DNA of 63,999 bases, counting the filler, from a bacterium (lineage in GTDB: Bacteria > UBA9089 > CG2-30-40-21 > SBAY01), in assembly GCA_040757115.1 (NCBI GenBank). It is 17 parts of 17 records of this genome, joined end to end, with 100 filler letters (N's around TTAATTAATTAA, not from the genome) between each part and the next. Parts side by side here need not be neighbours in the genome. Positions count along the whole stretch, not along the records: positions 57,842 to 61,465 come from JBFLYA010000324.1; positions 61,566 to 63,999 come from JBFLYA010000380.1; 15 more parts are not named here. One strand, 5' to 3'. This document shows, piece after piece, positions 60,762-63,999 of the stretch. The first letter of the stretch is position 1, and every line of letters begins with the position of its first letter. Both the position numbers and the translations under genes were made by a program. The notes under the pieces are model-generated. The model worked only from the letters and a program-made list of their open reading frames with translations. It was not told where the DNA came from and did not search any database.

Positions 60762-60876
60762 CAACATAAGTATTCTTAAACATAAAAAATTCCTTGCAAT
60801 AGTTTTATATATATGTTAGACGGTTTAAGTTGAGAGCGTTACATAGAGTTTCCAGCAATATCCACAGTTTAAGGAA

Positions 60877-61412
60877 TCAGTTTAACATATCCAGTGGACT
60901 TTGTACCCCCATCCCACCCTTATTAATCACATGGGTATAAATCATGGTCGTGGACACATCCTTATGACCGAGTAATTCTTGCACGGTGCGAATATCATAT
61001 CCTTTCTCCAGTAAGTGTGTAGCAAAGCTATGTTGAAATGTATGAGGGCTAACTGGTTTTGAAAGACCAACTGCACGAGCAGCACTATAGATTGCTCTTT
61101 GCAGCCCACTTTCATTGACATGATGCCGACGCATCGCTCTATATGACCAAAGTTACCCAATTCAATTTCAAGAACATGTTTATAGAGGAAGACAATAGCA
61201 TTAAGAGCTTGATTTTGTGTAGTTGCAGAAACATTCTGTTTAGTTGCCAGGTAAGAAAGATACTGCGAGATTTCCTTCTCTCCCATATATTTTGGATGCT
61301 TTTTGTTATGGAAAAGTACAAATCGCTTTACCCACTCCACATAAGTTTGTTCAGTACGAATTGAGTAATGTTTTTTCCGCATAACATCACTAACTTGTTC
61401 CAGAAGATTCAT
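60877..61412 (-). pseudogene. intI: Integron integrase, internally deleted and frameshifted
   Basis: N-terminal HYSIRTEQTYVEWVKRF...VSATTQNQALNA joined out of frame to [11 protein letters not shown]...[12 protein letters not shown]...[16 protein letters not shown]. Confidence 0.9.
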
Positions 61413-61738
61413 CTGATATCCTCACTTTCAGTATTTTCTAAATTCAATATTATAATAATAATACANNNNNNNNNNNNNNNNNNNNNNNNNNNNNNNNNNN
61501 NNNNNNNNNTTAATTAATTAANNNNNNNNNNNNNNNNNNNNNNNNNNNNNNNNNNNNNNNNNNNNCTCTGTCCTCTGCCCTCTGCCTTCTGCTATTTATC
61601 CGTGCTAATTAAAGGCCTTTTAAGCCTGTGGATAACTTTTTCAAAAAGGGTCAAAAAAGTACTTGACTTTGCTTAGGAAATATCCGTGTCAATCAGTGGC
61701 TGAATAGTTACATTTTGCATTCAGTTTGCTTCACCGCA

Positions 61739-62267
61739 TCATTTAAGGACATAGGTGGTTGCTCTTCCAACGCCTTTTGGGGTTAATAGGTTTAGTGTTT
61801 TTAATCTGGTTAATTCTCTCAGTGCTATATTTTAGCATTCTTGCAAATTTGCTTATCAAAACGAAATTCTTCTTCGGTGTTAGAAAAAGCAGAAACCGTT
61901 TCTACAATTTCTTTCCACTCATCGGTTCTGGAGTTTCGTGAATTTTCTATGATTCCTTTCTCCTTTAATCTTTGCGTTCTTTGCGGTCGATTTCTTTGCG
62001 TTCTTTGCGGTTAAAAAAGGATAAACCACAAAGGGCACAAAGTACTAACGCAAAGGACACAAAGGGAAGAAAGTAGGTGAAGCATTTTTTATCAACTCAA
62101 CTTCAAAGGATAAGTTGCAAAAAAATCATCAGGCTTTTGAGCCTAATTTTGCCATCTTTGAGCAAAATAAACAAATTGATAAGGATTCAAATAGCCTCAA
62201 TGGCTCCTTAAATTAACGAAACTCCACCGGTTGATTTTTTAAACTCAATATGTTTTGTTTCTTTCAT
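61739..62267 (-). pseudogene. AlbA_2 (Schlafen-like)...wHTH gene remnant, internally deleted and MITE-interrupted
   Basis: After removing the MITE: MKETKHIEFKKSTDEWKEIVETVSAFSNTE, then soon ALRELTRLKTLNLLTPKGVGRATTYVLK*. Confidence 0.65.
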
Positions 62268-62581
62268 ATCTTTTCGAAAGCTCTTTGATTATAATTCCTT
62301 TTTCCCTTTATTAAATACTTTCATTTACCTCAAACGCCGATACCCTTTCAGATAGTATAATATATACCCTCAACGCTTGTCAATACTTTTTTACAGGAGT
62401 CAGGTCTGAAGAATAAAATTTTTTTATTCAGCCAAAAGTGTTTGGTAGAGGGAAAAAATCAGGAGGAAATAAGGGGAAAAAATAGAAAAAAAAGGGGGGG
62501 GTAACCACAAAAATGAGTAGACAAATTCCTCAAATTTATGGTAAAATAGAATGGGGGGTAAATATGGAACACCCGATTATT

Positions 62582-63814
62582 TCATGAGGTATCAAAGTAC
62601 CAATCAAACCGTATTTGAAAGGGAACAGAAAGTAGGTTTTGTAAGTGGGCAAGAGTGGTGGCTTTGGTTCTGAAGTCTTCCAGAAGTTTTCGGGCAATAT
62701 TCCTAATGCTACCGAAGACTTTTTGGATATCTTCTTCCTTAAGGAGACTGCCCTTTTCCATCAATTGGTTGATGATATGGGCAATCTGAAGTAAAAGATA
62801 AAAGTTTTTTGCAGCCAGTTCATCCTGGCTGTAGGCGTGTTCCATATTATACCCCCCGTTTTTTTGTGTGTTAAAGCCTTCGTTTTCAGTTTTCCATCTT
62901 AACCTCCCTCCTTGAGCTATTTCTTTAAAAGTAGCTTTATTAATTTCCAGATTGCTTATCCAGACAAATCTGGAATGTTCTTTCTTATTATCCTTACCTG
63001 GTTTTAATTCATTACATTCCAGGGCTCCTAAAAGATGATCTTGATAATCAATATCGTTAACCCAATGATAATCTTGCTCTATTTCATCTCTTTTTAAGTG
63101 AGCAATATTCTCCGGGCATAAGGATTTTAATGAGATATACTCCGCATAAGTGGCTGGCATAGAGCCTTCCTTAAAAGTAATTATATATTTCCACTTATTC
63201 TCCTTACAGATATCAAAAACAGGTTTCTTTAGATAAAGACTATCTAATGACAAACAGATAGGTAATTGGGGAAAGTCTCTTTTGAGATTTTCAGCCAGGC
63301 GATAAAATGCCTTAAGTTCACAATCTTGTTTATCATATTTTTCATTAGGGTTTTCTATAAATTCGCTTAAGATAGATAAAGCCAACCCATTGGCTCCTAC
63401 CAGCTTAGCCTCCAAAACATTATGGTAGTAATATTCTTTACCATTAATCTTTGTCACTAAACAGTGTTCACAATGCCTCTCTTTGAAAAGTAAATGTCCT
63501 GTCCCATCTATGGTTATTAAATAATATCTTCCCAGTAACCTAAGTCTTTCTAAACACCTCATTCTGATAAGCCGATTAATCATCCTCCGCCTTAACTTAC
63601 TAATCGACCCTATAACTAATCTTTCCAATAAATAAGCCAAAGTGCAATCATGAGCTACTTTGTCTAAGTTATCATTAGCTAAAAGGTTCAGATTTTCGAT
63701 AAACTCTTTAGTGTTAAACTGAAAGTTAATCTGTCTGCGAGACTCCACCTTCATCATAAATAACAGAATTCCAATCCAAATAAGGAAAGGTAAAGGATAG
63801 TCTATCTTACTCTT
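62582..63814 (-). mobile_element. DDE transposase (DDE_Tnp_1/IS4-superfamily-like), 5' end interrupted
   Basis: IDGTG, KQDCELKA, LDSLY, RLRWKTENEGFN; frame open upstream (KSKIDYPLPFLIWIGILLF) up to the inserted element at 63815. Confidence 0.85.
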
Positions 63815-63999
63815 GGGTGTGGCTACTTTTGGACGACGGTTAAAACAGCCTTCCTGTTCCTTTTTAAGGAATCAGCGATTTCGAAGCGGTAGTTTTTCCT
63901 ACGATTCCATGGCTATTAGTGAGAGAGAAGAAGATTTTCTTCCTTTATTTATCAGGAGTTACGATTTTTAAGAGAAGGAGCGGCTAAATATATAATTGC
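63815..63999. mobile_element. End of a GGGTGTGGCTA-family element
   Basis: First ~55 bp match the reverse complement of 46145-46199. Confidence 0.8.

Noticed and set aside
60808-60825. TATATGTTAGAC as attI
   Set aside because: It lies at the 3' end of intI, points into it, and has no cassette following; a lone GTTRRRY is not enough.
50369-61465. intI and the cassette array as one complete integron
   Set aside because: They are on different contigs ordered only by length.

Overview
This window is not one continuous locus. It is 17 short contigs (about 3.6-3.9 kb, decreasing in length) joined by 100-nt N/TTAATTAATTAA spacers, so adjacency across a spacer means nothing. The source is an AT-rich, probably diderm bacterium (LptE-like lipoprotein, prepilin peptidase, HPrK/PTS IIA). 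Housekeeping genes include prfB (programmed +1 frameshift), cobS, pth, holA, rsmH-ftsL-murE, hprK, pheA, rpsG-fusA-tuf, fba, nuoA/B/L, pyrC, and tadA next to its substrate tRNA-Arg(ACG). Accessory content includes a BREX-related DUF499-like ATPase/PglZ-like/DUF1156 methylase operon with an embedded MNT-HEPN pair, an integron cassette array with six attC sites, a deleted intI, an EhpF/EhpG-like pair, a small-protein plus papain-fold gene pair, and two interrupted transposases. The most striking feature is the intergenic DNA, which is dense with nested non-autonomous elements: MITEs with several different end types, inverted arrays of unrelated 7-mer and 9-mer repeats that enclose internally deleted four-helix-bundle and GxxExxY genes, and a recurring ~52-nt covarying hairpin site (ATTTTCAGG...CACAAA...TGAAAAT) that separates repeat blocks like cassette boundaries. 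All calls come from reading the sequence by eye; no searches were run.
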